From contig CAZZIV010000001.1 of NCBI GenBank assembly GCA_964654385.1, forward strand, positions 935 to 64,934: a stretch of 64,000 nt of DNA. Reading direction: 5' to 3'. Positions 7,856 through 18,202 of the stretch are shown here, in pieces. This DNA comes from an uncultured Acidobacteriota bacterium. GTDB taxonomy: Bacteria; Acidobacteriota; Polarisedimenticolia; Polarisedimenticolales; Polarisedimenticolaceae. The number at the start of each line of letters is the position of its first letter. Within the stretch, counting starts at the first letter, position 1. A model generated the notes under the pieces. The model saw only the letters and a list, made by a program, of their open reading frames with translations. It ran no database searches and had not been told where the DNA came from. The translations under genes and the position numbers were made by a program.

Positions 7856-9289
7856 ATGGCTCTAGAACAGAGACTGAGTATCCGCATGAGCCAGCGGCTC
7901 GTGATGACGCCCTCGCTGCAGCAGGCGATCAAGCTTCTCCAGATGTCCAGAATGGAATTGGCCGAGGAGATCCAGCAGGAGCTTCTGGAAAACCCGGTTC
8001 TGGAGGAAAGCCTGGCTGAACCGACCTCTCAGGAGACGAATGAGCAGGAAGGGCAGGCCTCCTCCGAGGAGAAAGAGGCCGGGGAAGCGTTCGAAGAGAT
8101 CGACTACGAAGCGTATTTCGAAAACCTCGATGCGGGCATGCCGCCTCCGCCCCCCCGGGAAATCCGGGAAGACCTGCCCTCCTTCGAAACCATGCTCACC
8201 AAACCCCAGGACTTGGCCGAGCATCTGACCTGGCAGTTGGAAATGAACATCACCGATCCCCGCCGGAAGGAGATCGGCGAGGCGATCATCGGTAACCTGA
8301 ACCACGACGGATATCTGCAGGCGACTCTCGAGGAAATCCGCGACATGGGCGGCTACGAGATGGAAGAGATCGAAGCGACGCTGCAGGAGGTCCAGGGTTT
8401 CGACCCGGTCGGCGTGGCCGCCCGTGACCTGGTGGAATGCCTTTGCGTCCAACTCAAGCACCTGGGCCAGGAAGGTACCGCCGCCGAAACCATTGTCCGG
8501 CATCATATGGACAAGCTCCAGAAGAAAAAATTCAAAGAGCTGGCCGAAACACTGGACCTGGACAGGGAGGATCTGGAGGCCGAGTTGGAAATCATCCGCG
8601 GCCTCGATCCCCGTCCCGGCCAACGGTACAATACCGACGACAACCACTACGTGATTCCAGACGTGCAGGTCGTGAAACTGGAAGACGAGTACGTGGTGAT
8701 TCTGAACGACGAGGGCCTGCCCCGGCTGCGGGTGAGCCCCGTTTACCGCCGGATGCTCGCGAGAGGCGCCAAGTCGGCGCAGCCGGCGGAAACCAAGGAA
8801 TATGTTCGGAATAAACTCCGCTCCGCCTTCCGGTTGATCAAGAGCGTCGAAGAGCGACAGCGCACCATTTTCAAGGTCGCCACGGCGATCGTCAAGTTTC
8901 AGAAAGATTTCCTTGACTATGGGATCGAACGACTCAAGCCGTTGGTGCTCAAAGACGTGGCGGAAGAGATCGGCATGCATGAATCGACGGTGAGCCGGGT
9001 GGTCAACAAGAAGTACATGCATACCCATCGAGGCCTGTTCGAAATGCGGTACTTCTTTCATAGCGGGATCGCCTCCAACCGAGGTACGGGCAACATTTCC
9101 AGCCATTCGGTCAAGGACAAAATCCGCAAGATCATCCAGGGTGAGGATCCGGCCAAACCGCTTTCTGATTCTGCGATCGTGAAAGTTTTGAAGACCGAAG
9201 GGCTGACCATCGCCCGGCGAACCGTCGCCAAGTACCGGGAGGAACTGAAAATTCCGTCTTCCAGCCATCGCCGGCAACGCCGTCGATGA
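7856..9289 (+). CDS. rpoN: RNA polymerase sigma-54 factor RpoN
   Basis: 477-aa ORF with region I (LSIRMSQRLVMTPSLQQAIKLLQMS), an acidic region II and a C-terminal RpoN box ARRTVAKYR. Confidence 0.97.
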   Translation: MALEQRLSIRMSQRLVMTPSLQQAIKLLQMSRMELAEEIQQELLENPVLEESLAEPTSQETNEQEGQASSEEKEAGEAFEEIDYEAYFENLDAGMPPPPPREIREDLPSFETMLTKPQDLAEHLTWQLEMNITDPRRKEIGEAIIGNLNHDGYLQATLEEIRDMGGYEMEEIEATLQEVQGFDPVGVAARDLVECLCVQLKHLGQEGTAAETIVRHHMDKLQKKKFKELAETLDLDREDLEAELEIIRGLDPRPGQRYNTDDNHYVIPDVQVVKLEDEYVVILNDEGLPRLRVSPVYRRMLARGAKSAQPAETKEYVRNKLRSAFRLIKSVEERQRTIFKVATAIVKFQKDFLDYGIERLKPLVLKDVAEEIGMHESTVSRVVNKKYMHTHRGLFEMRYFFHSGIASNRGTGNISSHSVKDKIRKIIQGEDPAKPLSDSAIVKVLKTEGLTIARRTVAKYREELKIPSSSHRRQRRR

Positions 9290-9299
9290 ACGTCCGAGC

Positions 9300-9328
9300 T
9301 GCCCAAACCGGTCGATTTCCCTTATAAT
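9300..9328 (+). promoter_or_regulatory. Candidate promoter for hpf
   Basis: Perfect -10 TATAAT at 9323-9328, with only a poor -35 (TGCCCA, 9300-9305, 17-nt spacer). About 95 nt upstream of the hpf start. Eye prediction only. Confidence 0.3.
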
Positions 9329-9420
9329 GCCCTTGTGAGAACGTTTACTCAAGCGGAGAGATCTTCCGCCGCCTGAGGCGGAACAGGAAGGTTCCTTCCC
9401 AAGCCGTACGAGGTGCCATC

Positions 9421-9984
9421 GTGGAGATGAAACTGGACATTACAGGCCGCCACTTGACGGTTTCCGACGGCCTGCGCCGCCATACGGAAGAAAAACTGGG
9501 AAAAATCATGAAGATGTTCCAGGACGAACCGGAATCCCATGTGGTTCTTTACGTTGAAAAACATCGCCATGTCGCCGAAATCCAGGTCAAGAGCCGTGAC
9601 GGGATCTTCTCCGCCCGTGAATCCACGGGAGATCTTTATATCTCCATCAACGAGGCCGTGGATAAAATCGAGAAGCAGGTCCGCAAGTTCCGGGACAAGC
9701 GGGCCGACAAGCGGCGGAGAACCGGCGCAACCTCCGCCGAAGCGGCCCAGGAGGAGAGACAAGCGGAGGATCCGGTTCCGGCGGCCAGGAAGAACCCCTC
9801 CGTTCCCAAAATCCTACCCAGCCGACAGTTCCGGATGAAACCGCTTTCGCCGGAGGACGCGGTGATGGAACTGGAGAGCAGCGGTCAGGATGTCCTCCTG
9901 TTCCGGGATTCGAGCACCGACCGGCTGAATGTGGTCCACAGGCTGCCCGACGGGAACTTCGGCCTGGTCGATCCGGAAATCTGA
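9421..9984 (+). CDS. hpf: Ribosome hibernation-promoting factor, long form (HPF)
   Basis: 187 aa with an N-terminal YfiA/S30AE fold (LDITGRHLTVSDGLRRHTEEKLGKI) and a C-terminal long-HPF domain (MKPLSPEDAVMELESSGQDVLLFRD). Start is GTG 9421 or ATG 9427. Conserved rpoN-hpf synteny. Confidence 0.92.
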   Translation: MEMKLDITGRHLTVSDGLRRHTEEKLGKIMKMFQDEPESHVVLYVEKHRHVAEIQVKSRDGIFSARESTGDLYISINEAVDKIEKQVRKFRDKRADKRRRTGATSAEAAQEERQAEDPVPAARKNPSVPKILPSRQFRMKPLSPEDAVMELESSGQDVLLFRDSSTDRLNVVHRLPDGNFGLVDPEI

Positions 9985-10167
9985 CCGGAGCCCCTGATGC
10001 GGCCGAGCGCTTGACCGCCTGTCCCAGCCCTGATAACTTCCTTGCCTACATAGCCTTGGGGCGTGTTGCCTCCTCCGGAAGGAGGGCTTCGCGGTGAGGT
10101 GCGCCCTTCTCAAGACCCTGCCGGCCGCCTCATGGCGCGTCGAACGGGCCTAAGGTACGGAAAGAAC

Positions 10168-11844
10168 ATGAAGGACGACCAGAAGAGCGGGAGCCGGACA
10201 CGAAAAGAGTGGGAAGAGAAAACTCTCGATCCGGCCATGCGGCGCTCCCCGGAGCGGGACCTGGATTTTACGACGGTTTCCTCTCTGCCAATCGACCGGC
10301 TCTACACCCAGGAAGACCAGGGTCCTGCATGGGATTACCACGAAAAACTCGGATATCCAGGGGAGTACCCCTACACCCGCGGAGTCTATCCGTCCATGTA
10401 CCGGGGACGCCTCTGGACCATGAGACAGTTCGCAGGATTCGGAAGTGCCTCCCATACCAACGAGCGGTTCAAGTACCTGCTGGCCCAGGGGCAGACCGGG
10501 CTTTCGGTGGCGTTCGATCTACCCACCCTGATGGGGCGGGACAGCGACGACGGGATGGCTCGAGGGGAGGTGGGGAAGGAAGGAGTGGCGGTGGACACTC
10601 TCGCCGACATGGAGACCCTCTTCGACGGGATCCCTCTGGATAAGGTCTCCACCTCGATGACGATCAACGCCCCCGCGGCGGTCATCTTCTGCATGTACCT
10701 GGCCGTGGCCGAAAAGCAGAGTGTTTCGTTCGACCGCCTCAACGGAACCCTCCAAAACGATATCCTCAAGGAGTACATCGCCCAGAAAGAGTGGATCTAC
10801 CCGCCGAAGCCGAGTATGAGGATCATCACCGATCTGATCGGTTTCTGCAGCCACAGCGTGCCGAAATGGAACACCGTGTCCATCTCCGGCTATCATATCC
10901 GGGAGGCCGGATCCACAGCGGTACAGGAGCTCGCCTTCACGATCGCCGACGGGATCGGGTACGTGCAGGCGGCGATCGAGGACGGGCAGGACGTGGATTC
11001 TTTCGCGCCCAGGCTCTCGTTCTTCTGGAACTCCCACAACGATTTTTTCGAGGAAATCGCCAAGATGCGGGCTGCCCGCAGAATGTGGGCGAAGATCATG
11101 CGAGAACGTTTCCGCGCGAAGAATCCGAAGTCGTGGATGTGCCGTTTTCACACCCAGACCGCAGGCTACAGTCTGACGGCCCAGCAGCCCTACAACAACG
11201 TGGTCCGGGTGACCGTGCAGGCGCTGGCGGCGGTCCTGGGCGGCACCCAGTCGCTCCATACGAACTCGCTGGACGAAACCCTGGCGCTCCCATCGGAGGA
11301 AGCGGTCACCATCGCCCTCCGGACCCAGCAGATCCTGGCGGAGGAATCAGGCGTGACCCACACGATCGATCCGTTGGCCGGTTCCTACTTCGTGGAATCG
11401 CTTACCGATCGGATGGAGAAGGAGGCGAATGAATATATCCGCCGAATCGACGAGATCGGCGGAATTATTCCCGCCATCGAACAGGGATTCCCGCAGAAGG
11501 AGATCGCAGACGCCGCGTACCGGTACCAGCAGCAGTTGGACAGCCGATCCAAAATCGTGGTCGGCGTGAACAAATACACCATGGAAGAACGGTCCCGTCC
11601 TGAAACTCTCAAAATCAGCCATGAGGTGGAGGAAGAACAGCTCGAACGTCTGGCGCGGGTCCGGGACGGGCGGAACGAGGAGAAACTGGAACGAGCCCTG
11701 AGCGCCCTGCGGGAGGCGGCGGAAGCCGGCCAGAACCTCATGCCGTTCATGCTCGAGTGCGTCCGGGCCTACGGGACCGTTGGGGAGGTCTGCGGGGCCC
11801 TGGTGCCGGTCTTCGGAAAATACCAGGAAGAATCCTTTATTTGA
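10168..11844 (+). CDS. Methylmalonyl-CoA mutase-family large (catalytic) subunit
   Basis: 558 aa from the ATG at 10168. Motifs [36 protein letters not shown] and [17 protein letters not shown]. No B12-binding domain in this polypeptide. Substrate specificity within the acyl-CoA mutase family was not determined. Confidence 0.9.
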   Translation: MKDDQKSGSRTRKEWEEKTLDPAMRRSPERDLDFTTVSSLPIDRLYTQEDQGPAWDYHEKLGYPGEYPYTRGVYPSMYRGRLWTMRQFAGFGSASHTNERFKYLLAQGQTGLSVAFDLPTLMGRDSDDGMARGEVGKEGVAVDTLADMETLFDGIPLDKVSTSMTINAPAAVIFCMYLAVAEKQSVSFDRLNGTLQNDILKEYIAQKEWIYPPKPSMRIITDLIGFCSHSVPKWNTVSISGYHIREAGSTAVQELAFTIADGIGYVQAAIEDGQDVDSFAPRLSFFWNSHNDFFEEIAKMRAARRMWAKIMRERFRAKNPKSWMCRFHTQTAGYSLTAQQPYNNVVRVTVQALAAVLGGTQSLHTNSLDETLALPSEEAVTIALRTQQILAEESGVTHTIDPLAGSYFVESLTDRMEKEANEYIRRIDEIGGIIPAIEQGFPQKEIADAAYRYQQQLDSRSKIVVGVNKYTMEERSRPETLKISHEVEEEQLERLARVRDGRNEEKLERALSALREAAEAGQNLMPFMLECVRAYGTVGEVCGALVPVFGKYQEESFI

Positions 11845-11899
11845 CTCCGAATCGAACCCCGGACCGAAAGGTTCGGCCGGAAGCGTGGAGGTGATCCAA

Positions 11900-12313
11900 T
11901 TGAACGATTCCAGGAAGCTTCGGCTGTTAGTAGGGAAAGTCGGGCTGGACGGCCATGACCGCGGCGCGAAAATCATCGCGCGAGCCTTCCGCGATGCCGG
12001 GTTCGAAGTGATCTACACCGGCCTCCATCAATCTCCTGAAATGGTGGTAGCTACCGCGATTCAGGAGGACGTGGACGCGGTTTCCCTTTCGATCCTTTCC
12101 GGAGCTCACAATTACCTCTTTCCCAAGGTGATCGAGCTTCTCCGGGAACGGGATGCCTCCGATATTTCCATATTCGGCGGTGGAATCATTCCGGAGGAAG
12201 ACATCCCGGGGCTGAAGAAAGCGGGCGTTCTGGAGATTTTCACGCCGGGGACCTCCACCGAGTCGGTGATCGAGTGGGTCCGAAATAACATTCACCCTCG
12301 AACGCTGGGATGA
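11900..12313 (+). CDS. Methylmalonyl-CoA mutase-family B12-binding (small) subunit
   Basis: About 137 aa with the cobalamin-binding DxHxxG motif ([10 protein letters not shown]) and a Rossmann-like fold. I chose TTG 11900 because GGAGG (11887-11891) precedes it by 8 nt. GTG 11885 and GTG 11891 are alternatives. Confidence 0.88.
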   Translation: MNDSRKLRLLVGKVGLDGHDRGAKIIARAFRDAGFEVIYTGLHQSPEMVVATAIQEDVDAVSLSILSGAHNYLFPKVIELLRERDASDISIFGGGIIPEEDIPGLKKAGVLEIFTPGTSTESVIEWVRNNIHPRTLG

Positions 12314-12322
12314 GGTGGGGAT

Positions 12323-13009
12323 ATGGCGCATTTGGTTCTGCTGGCCGATGACAGCATCACGATCCGGAAAGTGGTGGAATTGACCTTCCAGGGCACCGAG
12401 ATCCGGGTCGACGCGGTCGGATCCGGACGTGAAGCGATCGAACGGCTGGAGACGATCCGGCCGGATCTGGTCCTGGCGGACGTGGATATGCCGGAGCCGT
12501 CCGGGTACGAGCTTTGCCGGCACGTGAAAGGATCCGATCATCCTGTTCCGGTTCTTCTTTTGACCGGCGCCTTCGAACCGTTCGATCCGGCGGAGGCAGA
12601 GCGGTGCGGCGCCGACGGGCACCTGATCAAGCCGTTCGATTCCGGGTACCTGGTCAAACAGGTAGAAGAATTCCTTCAGAGACCGGTGCCGGTTACCGAG
12701 CCGGAAGCGGAAACGTCCGGCTTGGCCGAAGACGACGCCGGAGAGGCAGAGGCGTTCCTGGAGGAACTCGGCGGGGAGGCTTCGTTCCACGATGGTCCCG
12801 CCGACGAAATCCACCAGGCCAATTCCGTGGCGGAGCCGGCTCCGGCGGGAGCCACTCTTGAGACCGGGTCCCTGTCTCCCCGGGAGGAGGTCAGGGAGGC
12901 GGTTCGCGAACTGTCCGAAGAGATTATCCGTGAAATCGCCTGGGAAGTGGTGCCGGAACTCGCGGAAGCGATGATAAGAAAGCGGATCCGGGAACTGGAA
13001 CAGGAATAA
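12323..13009 (+). CDS. Response regulator: receiver domain + acidic/Pro-rich linker + short conserved-looking C-terminal helix
   Basis: 228-aa ORF with CheY-like motifs (LLADDS, LVLADVDMP, HLIKPF). No DNA-binding or enzymatic output domain recognised. The C-terminus is EIIREIAWEVVPELAEAMIRKRIRELEQE. Confidence 0.85.
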   Translation: MAHLVLLADDSITIRKVVELTFQGTEIRVDAVGSGREAIERLETIRPDLVLADVDMPEPSGYELCRHVKGSDHPVPVLLLTGAFEPFDPAEAERCGADGHLIKPFDSGYLVKQVEEFLQRPVPVTEPEAETSGLAEDDAGEAEAFLEELGGEASFHDGPADEIHQANSVAEPAPAGATLETGSLSPREEVREAVRELSEEIIREIAWEVVPELAEAMIRKRIRELEQE

Positions 13010-13056
13010 GCGACGGCGCAGGCGGAGCCGGACGGCTTCGCAACCCGAGGAGAGGA

Positions 13057-15738
13057 ATGGAACTGGCCAAGGAGTATCGTCCGGAGTCCGTGGAAAAACG
13101 CTGGCTCGAAGAGTGGGAGAAGGCCGGGATTTTCAAAGCCGATCCCGACAGTGGAAAACCACCGTTCTGCATGGTCATCCCTCCGCCCAATGTGACGGGC
13201 AACCTGCATATCGGTCATGTCCTGGTCTACACCCTTCATGACATCATGGCCCGGTGGAAAAGGATGCAGGGATTCGATGTTCTCTGGCTGCCGGGCACCG
13301 ATCACGCGGGGATCGCCACCCAGATGGTCGTCGAGCGCAGCCTGGCCGCCGAAGGGAAGAGCCGCCGAGAACTCGGCCGGGAAGCGTTCGAGAAGCGGGT
13401 ATGGGAGTGGAAGGAAACGTACGGCAACCGGATCACCGACGCCCTACGGCTCCTGGGCTCGTCCTGCGACTGGAGCCGGCAGCGGTTCACTCTCGATGAG
13501 GGCCTCTCCCGAGCGGTTCGAACCGTCTTCTGCCGTCTCCACGAGGAGGGATTGATCTACCGGGATCGCTACATCGTGAACTGGTGTCCCCGGTGCCACA
13601 CGGCGATCTCCGACCTGGAGACCGAGCACAAGCCGGTGCGCGGCAAATTCTACACGGTGCGGTACCCGGCGGAGGGTGGGAAAGGGCCCGGTATCGAGGT
13701 TGCAACCACCCGCCCCGAAACGATGTTCGGCGACGTGGCTGTGGCGGTTCATCCCGACGATGACCGGTACGGTTCGCTCGTCGGCACGAAGGTCCGACTC
13801 CCGTTGACCCGGCGGACGATCCCCGTAATCGCCGACCCGTTCGTGGATCGGAAGTTCGGAACCGGCGCCGTAAAAATCACCCCCGCCCACGACCCGAACG
13901 ATTTCGAGGCCGGGAAACGGAACGGGCTCCCGGAGATCCAGGCGCTGGACAGCGAGGGGAAAATGACCGCCGAAGCCGGCCGGTTCTCCGGGATGAGCCG
14001 GTTCGAAGCGAGGAAAGCGGTGGTGAAGGCCTTAGAGGAAGGGGGATTCCTGCTGGAAACGAGGGAGCACGAACACTCCATCGGCCATTGCCAGCGTTGC
14101 CACACGATGATCGAGCCTCTCGTCTCCACCCAGTGGTTTCTCAAGATCCGGTCTCTGGCGGAACCTGCGCTGCAGGCGGTGGAGGAAGGGAGGACCGAAT
14201 TCGTCCCTTCCTCCTGGTCCAAGACCTATTTCGAATGGATGAGCAATATTCACGACTGGTGTATCTCCCGGCAGTTGTGGTGGGGGCATCGGATTCCGGC
14301 CTGGTATTGCGATCCTTGCGACAAGGTCATCGTCGCCGAAGAAGACCCCGCCGGGTGCCCCACCTGCGGGGGGCCCCTGCGCAGGGAAGAGGATGTCCTG
14401 GATACCTGGTTTTCATCGGCTCTCTGGCCTTTTTCCACCATGGGTTGGCCGGATGCCACCCGCGATCTTCAACATTATTATCCGACCCAACTCCTGATCA
14501 CCGGGTTCGATATCATCTTTTTCTGGGTCGCCCGGATGATGATGATGAGCCTGAAATTCATGGGCGAGGTCCCGTTCCGGCATGTCTACATCCACGGCCT
14601 GGTTCGAGACGCGTCGGGACAAAAAATGTCGAAGTCCAAGGGGAACACGGTCGATCCGGCGGAGTTGCAGAGCCGATACGGAACCGACGCCCTCCGGTTC
14701 TTCATGGCGATCCTGGCCAGTCCGGGGAACGACATACCGCTGATGGCGGAAAGGATGGAAGGCTACAAAGCGTTCGCCAATAAGCTATGGAACGCATGCC
14801 GCTTCGCCCTCATGCGCCTGGGGAATTCGACTACGGCCAGGGCGTTCCGGGAGGAAGACCTCTCCCTGGTCGACAGGTGGATCCTTTCCCGCGCGGACCG
14901 GCTGGTCGGGGAGGTGAACAGGTCTCTCGGACAGTTCCGGGTGGATCGAGCCTCCGACGCGCTGTACCACTTCGTCTGGCATGAATTCTGTGATTGGTAC
15001 ATCGAGTTCATCAAGCCGGACCTTTCGGAACGGACCGGGAAGGATTCCAGGCGGGCCGAGACCTCCCGGGCGGTGCTTCAGACCGTCCTGGACCAGCTTC
15101 TCCGAATGCTCCATCCGTTCATGCCGTTCCTCACAGAGGAACTCTGGGAAAAACTTCCCAGGGACGCCTCCCACCTGGCGGTGGCTCGGTGGCCGGAGCG
15201 GATCGAGTCCCGTCCTGACGCCGAGGCGGAAGCTTCCGTCGAGGCCCTCAAGGAACTGATCGCACGAATCCGGAACCTCCGGGCGGAGTCCAGAATCGAC
15301 CCGGGGAAGAAAATCGACATTTATCTTCATCCTGTGGAGCCGGGAGGTGAACGGCTGATCCGGGAGGAAGAAGACAAGATTCTGTCCCTGGGACGGGCCT
15401 CCTCGGTCACCGTGGTGAACGGATTCGAGAAGGGGATGATCGCCGCGAGAGGGATCTCTCGCGGCTACGAGATCGCCATTCCCCTGGCCGGTTTGCTCGA
15501 CCTGGACGCCGAGCGGCTTCGGCTCCGGAAGGAGCTTGAGAAGACCGTCAAGGACCTGGCGGGCAGAAGACGAAAGCTGAACAACCCTTCTTTCCTGGAG
15601 CGGGCTCCTGAAGAGGTGGTCCGGAAAGAGAGGGGAATCTGCGAGGATCTGGCGAAAAAGGCGGATGGTCTGCGCGGATCGCTGGATAACCTGGGAGAGG
15701 AAGTGCCGCTCGATGAGTCGTCCAACCCGGAACGTTGA
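13057..15738 (+). CDS. valS: Valine--tRNA ligase
   Basis: 893-aa ORF with HIGH-type motif PPNVTGNLHIGH, a KMSKS motif, and a C-terminal coiled-coil tail. Confidence 0.97.
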   Translation: MELAKEYRPESVEKRWLEEWEKAGIFKADPDSGKPPFCMVIPPPNVTGNLHIGHVLVYTLHDIMARWKRMQGFDVLWLPGTDHAGIATQMVVERSLAAEGKSRRELGREAFEKRVWEWKETYGNRITDALRLLGSSCDWSRQRFTLDEGLSRAVRTVFCRLHEEGLIYRDRYIVNWCPRCHTAISDLETEHKPVRGKFYTVRYPAEGGKGPGIEVATTRPETMFGDVAVAVHPDDDRYGSLVGTKVRLPLTRRTIPVIADPFVDRKFGTGAVKITPAHDPNDFEAGKRNGLPEIQALDSEGKMTAEAGRFSGMSRFEARKAVVKALEEGGFLLETREHEHSIGHCQRCHTMIEPLVSTQWFLKIRSLAEPALQAVEEGRTEFVPSSWSKTYFEWMSNIHDWCISRQLWWGHRIPAWYCDPCDKVIVAEEDPAGCPTCGGPLRREEDVLDTWFSSALWPFSTMGWPDATRDLQHYYPTQLLITGFDIIFFWVARMMMMSLKFMGEVPFRHVYIHGLVRDASGQKMSKSKGNTVDPAELQSRYGTDALRFFMAILASPGNDIPLMAERMEGYKAFANKLWNACRFALMRLGNSTTARAFREEDLSLVDRWILSRADRLVGEVNRSLGQFRVDRASDALYHFVWHEFCDWYIEFIKPDLSERTGKDSRRAETSRAVLQTVLDQLLRMLHPFMPFLTEELWEKLPRDASHLAVARWPERIESRPDAEAEASVEALKELIARIRNLRAESRIDPGKKIDIYLHPVEPGGERLIREEEDKILSLGRASSVTVVNGFEKGMIAARGISRGYEIAIPLAGLLDLDAERLRLRKELEKTVKDLAGRRRKLNNPSFLERAPEEVVRKERGICEDLAKKADGLRGSLDNLGEEVPLDESSNPER

Positions 15739-16621
15739 GAGAGAGTCCGCCCGTCCAGCCCATCCTCCCTGGACGAAGATCCGAAGAATCCTGGAGGCCG
15801 CCCTGGAGGAAGACCTGGGTGAGTCCGGTGACCTGACCACCGATGCGGTGATCCCCGCGGGGACCGAAACGGATGCGAAGATCGTCGCCAGGCAGGAACT
15901 GGTGGCGGCCGGCCTGCCGGTCGCCCTCCAGGTTTTCCGGCTTCTGGCGGAACGGGACAGGCGCCGGCTGGCGGTGGAGGAGCGGATCCTTGAGGGTGAG
16001 ACCGCCGGGAGAGGAGCGATCCTGGCCACGGTGCGGGGCGACGCGGCAGTGATCCTGTACGGAGAGAGGACCGCCCTGAACCTGCTGGGAAGAATGTGCG
16101 GGGTGGCCACTTTGACCCGGAAGGCGGCCGAGGAAATCCGCGGCACCGACGCGCGGATCCTGGACACCCGGAAAACCATGCCCTGTCTCCGAATCCTGGA
16201 CAAATACGCCGTGGCGGTGGGAGGCGGGGTCAACCACCGCTTCGGGCTTTATGACGCCGTGATGATCAAGGACACTCATATCGGGGTGACCGGCTCGCTC
16301 CGGGCGGCGGTCCGGGCCGCGCTGGACGCCGGTCACGATCGTTCCATCGTTACGGCGGAAGTGCAGGATCCGAAACAGCTGGAAGAAGTGATCGCTGCCG
16401 GCGCCGGCAGGGCGATATTGGACAACATGACCCTGCCTCAGCTGCGGGAATGCGTCGAGATCGGAAAAGGGCGCATCGTCCTGGAGGCCTCCGGGGGACT
16501 TTGTCCAGGTTCCCTGAGGCCGGTGGCGGAGACCGGCGTGGACTTTCTCAGCCTGGGTGCCTTGACCCATTCCGCTCCTTCCGCCGACGTGGCGATGGAG
16601 ATCAGCCCAGGAGGGGAGTGA
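15713..16621 (+). CDS. nadC: Nicotinate-nucleotide pyrophosphorylase (quinolinate phosphoribosyltransferase)
   Basis: About 302 aa from the ATG at 15713, overlapping the valS 3' end. QPRTase motifs TRKTMPCLRILDKYAVAVGGGVNHRFGLYDAVMIKDTHI. The exact start is uncertain. Confidence 0.9.
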   Translation: MSRPTRNVERESARPAHPPWTKIRRILEAALEEDLGESGDLTTDAVIPAGTETDAKIVARQELVAAGLPVALQVFRLLAERDRRRLAVEERILEGETAGRGAILATVRGDAAVILYGERTALNLLGRMCGVATLTRKAAEEIRGTDARILDTRKTMPCLRILDKYAVAVGGGVNHRFGLYDAVMIKDTHIGVTGSLRAAVRAALDAGHDRSIVTAEVQDPKQLEEVIAAGAGRAILDNMTLPQLRECVEIGKGRIVLEASGGLCPGSLRPVAETGVDFLSLGALTHSAPSADVAMEISPGGE

Positions 16622-16629
16622 CCGGGACG

Positions 16630-17427
16630 ATGCTCGATCGAGATTTCCTCCTCTCCTCGATCCGGGGCAACCGATTCGTGCGATCGATGGAGATCCTGGA
16701 CCGAGTCGACTCCACCCAGGACGCGGTGCGGGAACGGGCCGCCATGGGAGCGCCGGAAGGGACTGTGGTTCTGGCGGAGGCGCAGACCCGGGGGCGGGGG
16801 AGCAGGGGACGATCCTGGTTTTCCATGCCCGGGACCGGTTTGTACATGTCCATGCTGCTCCGGCCCCGGGAGTCTATGTCTACGGTTCCTCGCTGGACGC
16901 TGGTCTGCGCGGCGGCGGCCTGCGCAGCCTTCCGGGACCTGGGGATTCGCTCCGTCATTCGCTGGCCCAACGACCTGCTGGTGGATGGCCGGAAGGTGGC
17001 CGGGATCCTGGCCGAAGCCAGGGAGGAAGCCGCCGGCCCCGTTCTGGTTCTCGGTCTGGGTGTGAACGTGAATCACACCCAGGAGGATTTTCCACTGGAA
17101 CTCGCTCCCGCGGCGACCTCCCTGAGCCTCGAGGCGGGAGGGAAAAAGCTTTCGCCTGAGGCGGTTGTCGCTGGAATCCTGTGCCGGTTCGAAGCTCTTT
17201 CCGGCCTGATGTACCATGACCGCTGGGAGGAAGTCCGGGACCTCTGGACCGAATTCGCTCCGGACGCTGTAGGACGCTCCGTCGTGGTCCGGTCTTCAGG
17301 CGAAACGGCGTCCCGGCCCGGAACCACGGACGGTGTGGATGCGTCCGGAGCGCTGCGGGTCCGGTTTCAGGATGGGACCGAGGCGGTCGTACACTCCAGC
17401 GAAGCGCTGTCGGCCAGGGAGACTTGA
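16630..17427 (+). CDS. birA: Biotin--[acetyl-CoA-carboxylase] ligase (class I, no HTH)
   Basis: 265 aa from the ATG at 16630 with the GRGSRGRSW biotin-binding loop. No N-terminal HTH domain. birA-coaX synteny. Confidence 0.9.
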   Translation: MLDRDFLLSSIRGNRFVRSMEILDRVDSTQDAVRERAAMGAPEGTVVLAEAQTRGRGSRGRSWFSMPGTGLYMSMLLRPRESMSTVPRWTLVCAAAACAAFRDLGIRSVIRWPNDLLVDGRKVAGILAEAREEAAGPVLVLGLGVNVNHTQEDFPLELAPAATSLSLEAGGKKLSPEAVVAGILCRFEALSGLMYHDRWEEVRDLWTEFAPDAVGRSVVVRSSGETASRPGTTDGVDASGALRVRFQDGTEAVVHSSEALSARET

Positions 17428-17431
17428 AGGG

Positions 17432-18202
17432 ATGTTGCTCGCCATCGACGCCGGAAATACACAGACCGTTTTCGGTCTTTTCTCCGAGGAAAAACTGGAA
17501 GCCGATTGGAGGATCGGCACCCGGAAGGAACTGACTTCCGATGAACTGGGAGCATGGCTGAAGCTCCTGCTGGCCGATTCGGGCTGGGATCCCGGACGGA
17601 TCGACGGGGTGGTCGTCTGCTCGGTGGTTCCGTTCATGAATTCGGTACTGGAGCAGACCAGTCGTTCCAGCATCGGAATCGATCCGGTGTTCATCGGGCC
17701 CGGGATTCGGACCGGGATGCCGATCCGGTACGAGAACCCTCATGAGGTCGGCGCGGACCGGATCGTCAACGCGGTGGCGGCGGCGGACCGGGTCGGTTCC
17801 CCGGTGATGGTTCTGGACTTCGGGACCGCTACCACGCTGGACGTGGTGGACTCCGTTGGAGATTACCTGGGCGGGATCATCGCGCCCGGCCTGGAAATCT
17901 CCGCGGAGGCGCTCTTTGAAAGAGCCGCTCGCCTTTCACGTGTGGATATCCGGAGACCGGAACGGGTGATCGGCCGCACAACCGAAAGCAGCATCCAGTC
18001 CGGCCTGTTTTTCGGATACCTGGCGATGGTGGACGGCCTGGTCCGGAACGCGAGGCAGGAGTTGGCGGCGGAAGCGCCGGTCATCGCCACCGGCGGCCTG
18101 GCCACCGTTTTCGCTCCGGAACTGAACTGGGTCCGTGAAGTGGTTCCAAGCCTCACGCTGGAAGGTCTCCGGCTCGTTTGGAAGAAAAACCGGCGTCGAT
18201 GA
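17432..18202 (+). CDS. coaX: Type III pantothenate kinase
   Basis: 256 aa from the ATG at 17432, with motifs LAIDAGNTQTVFG and DFGTATT. Confidence 0.92.
   Translation: MLLAIDAGNTQTVFGLFSEEKLEADWRIGTRKELTSDELGAWLKLLLADSGWDPGRIDGVVVCSVVPFMNSVLEQTSRSSIGIDPVFIGPGIRTGMPIRYENPHEVGADRIVNAVAAADRVGSPVMVLDFGTATTLDVVDSVGDYLGGIIAPGLEISAEALFERAARLSRVDIRRPERVIGRTTESSIQSGLFFGYLAMVDGLVRNARQELAAEAPVIATGGLATVFAPELNWVREVVPSLTLEGLRLVWKKNRRR

Noticed and set aside
9985-10167. A cobalamin riboswitch upstream of the B12-dependent mutase. The segment AGACCCTGCC at ~10108-10117 resembles the end of the B12 box, and GGTGAGG and AGGGC occur nearby.
   Set aside because: The motifs are compressed into ~50 nt instead of the ~100-200 nt architecture. 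The ACTG/GCCACTG core is absent and the B12 box has an extra base. B12 riboswitches normally control transport, biosynthesis or B12-independent isozymes, not the B12-dependent enzyme. An Rfam cmscan would settle it.
11999-12007. tRNA-like T-loop strings, e.g. GGTTCGAAG at 11999-12007 and TTCGAATCC at ~3713-3721. I also looked generally for tRNA, rRNA, tmRNA, RNase P and CRISPR repeats.
   Set aside because: All such strings lie inside well-supported CDSs with no acceptor or anticodon stems around them. No intergenic gap exceeds ~270 bp, and I saw no repeat-spacer periodicity. Running tRNAscan/Infernal would confirm this.
17936-17951. parS sites (TGTTNCACGTGAAACA). Half-matches occur at ~17936-17951 (CTTTCACGTGTGGAT), ~12518-12533 (GGCACGTGAAAGG) and ~20110-20120 (TGTTTCACCTG).
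   Set aside because: Each matches only one half-site, and all lie inside unrelated coding regions. I found no full 16-mer by eye. A computed pattern search allowing 2 mismatches is needed.
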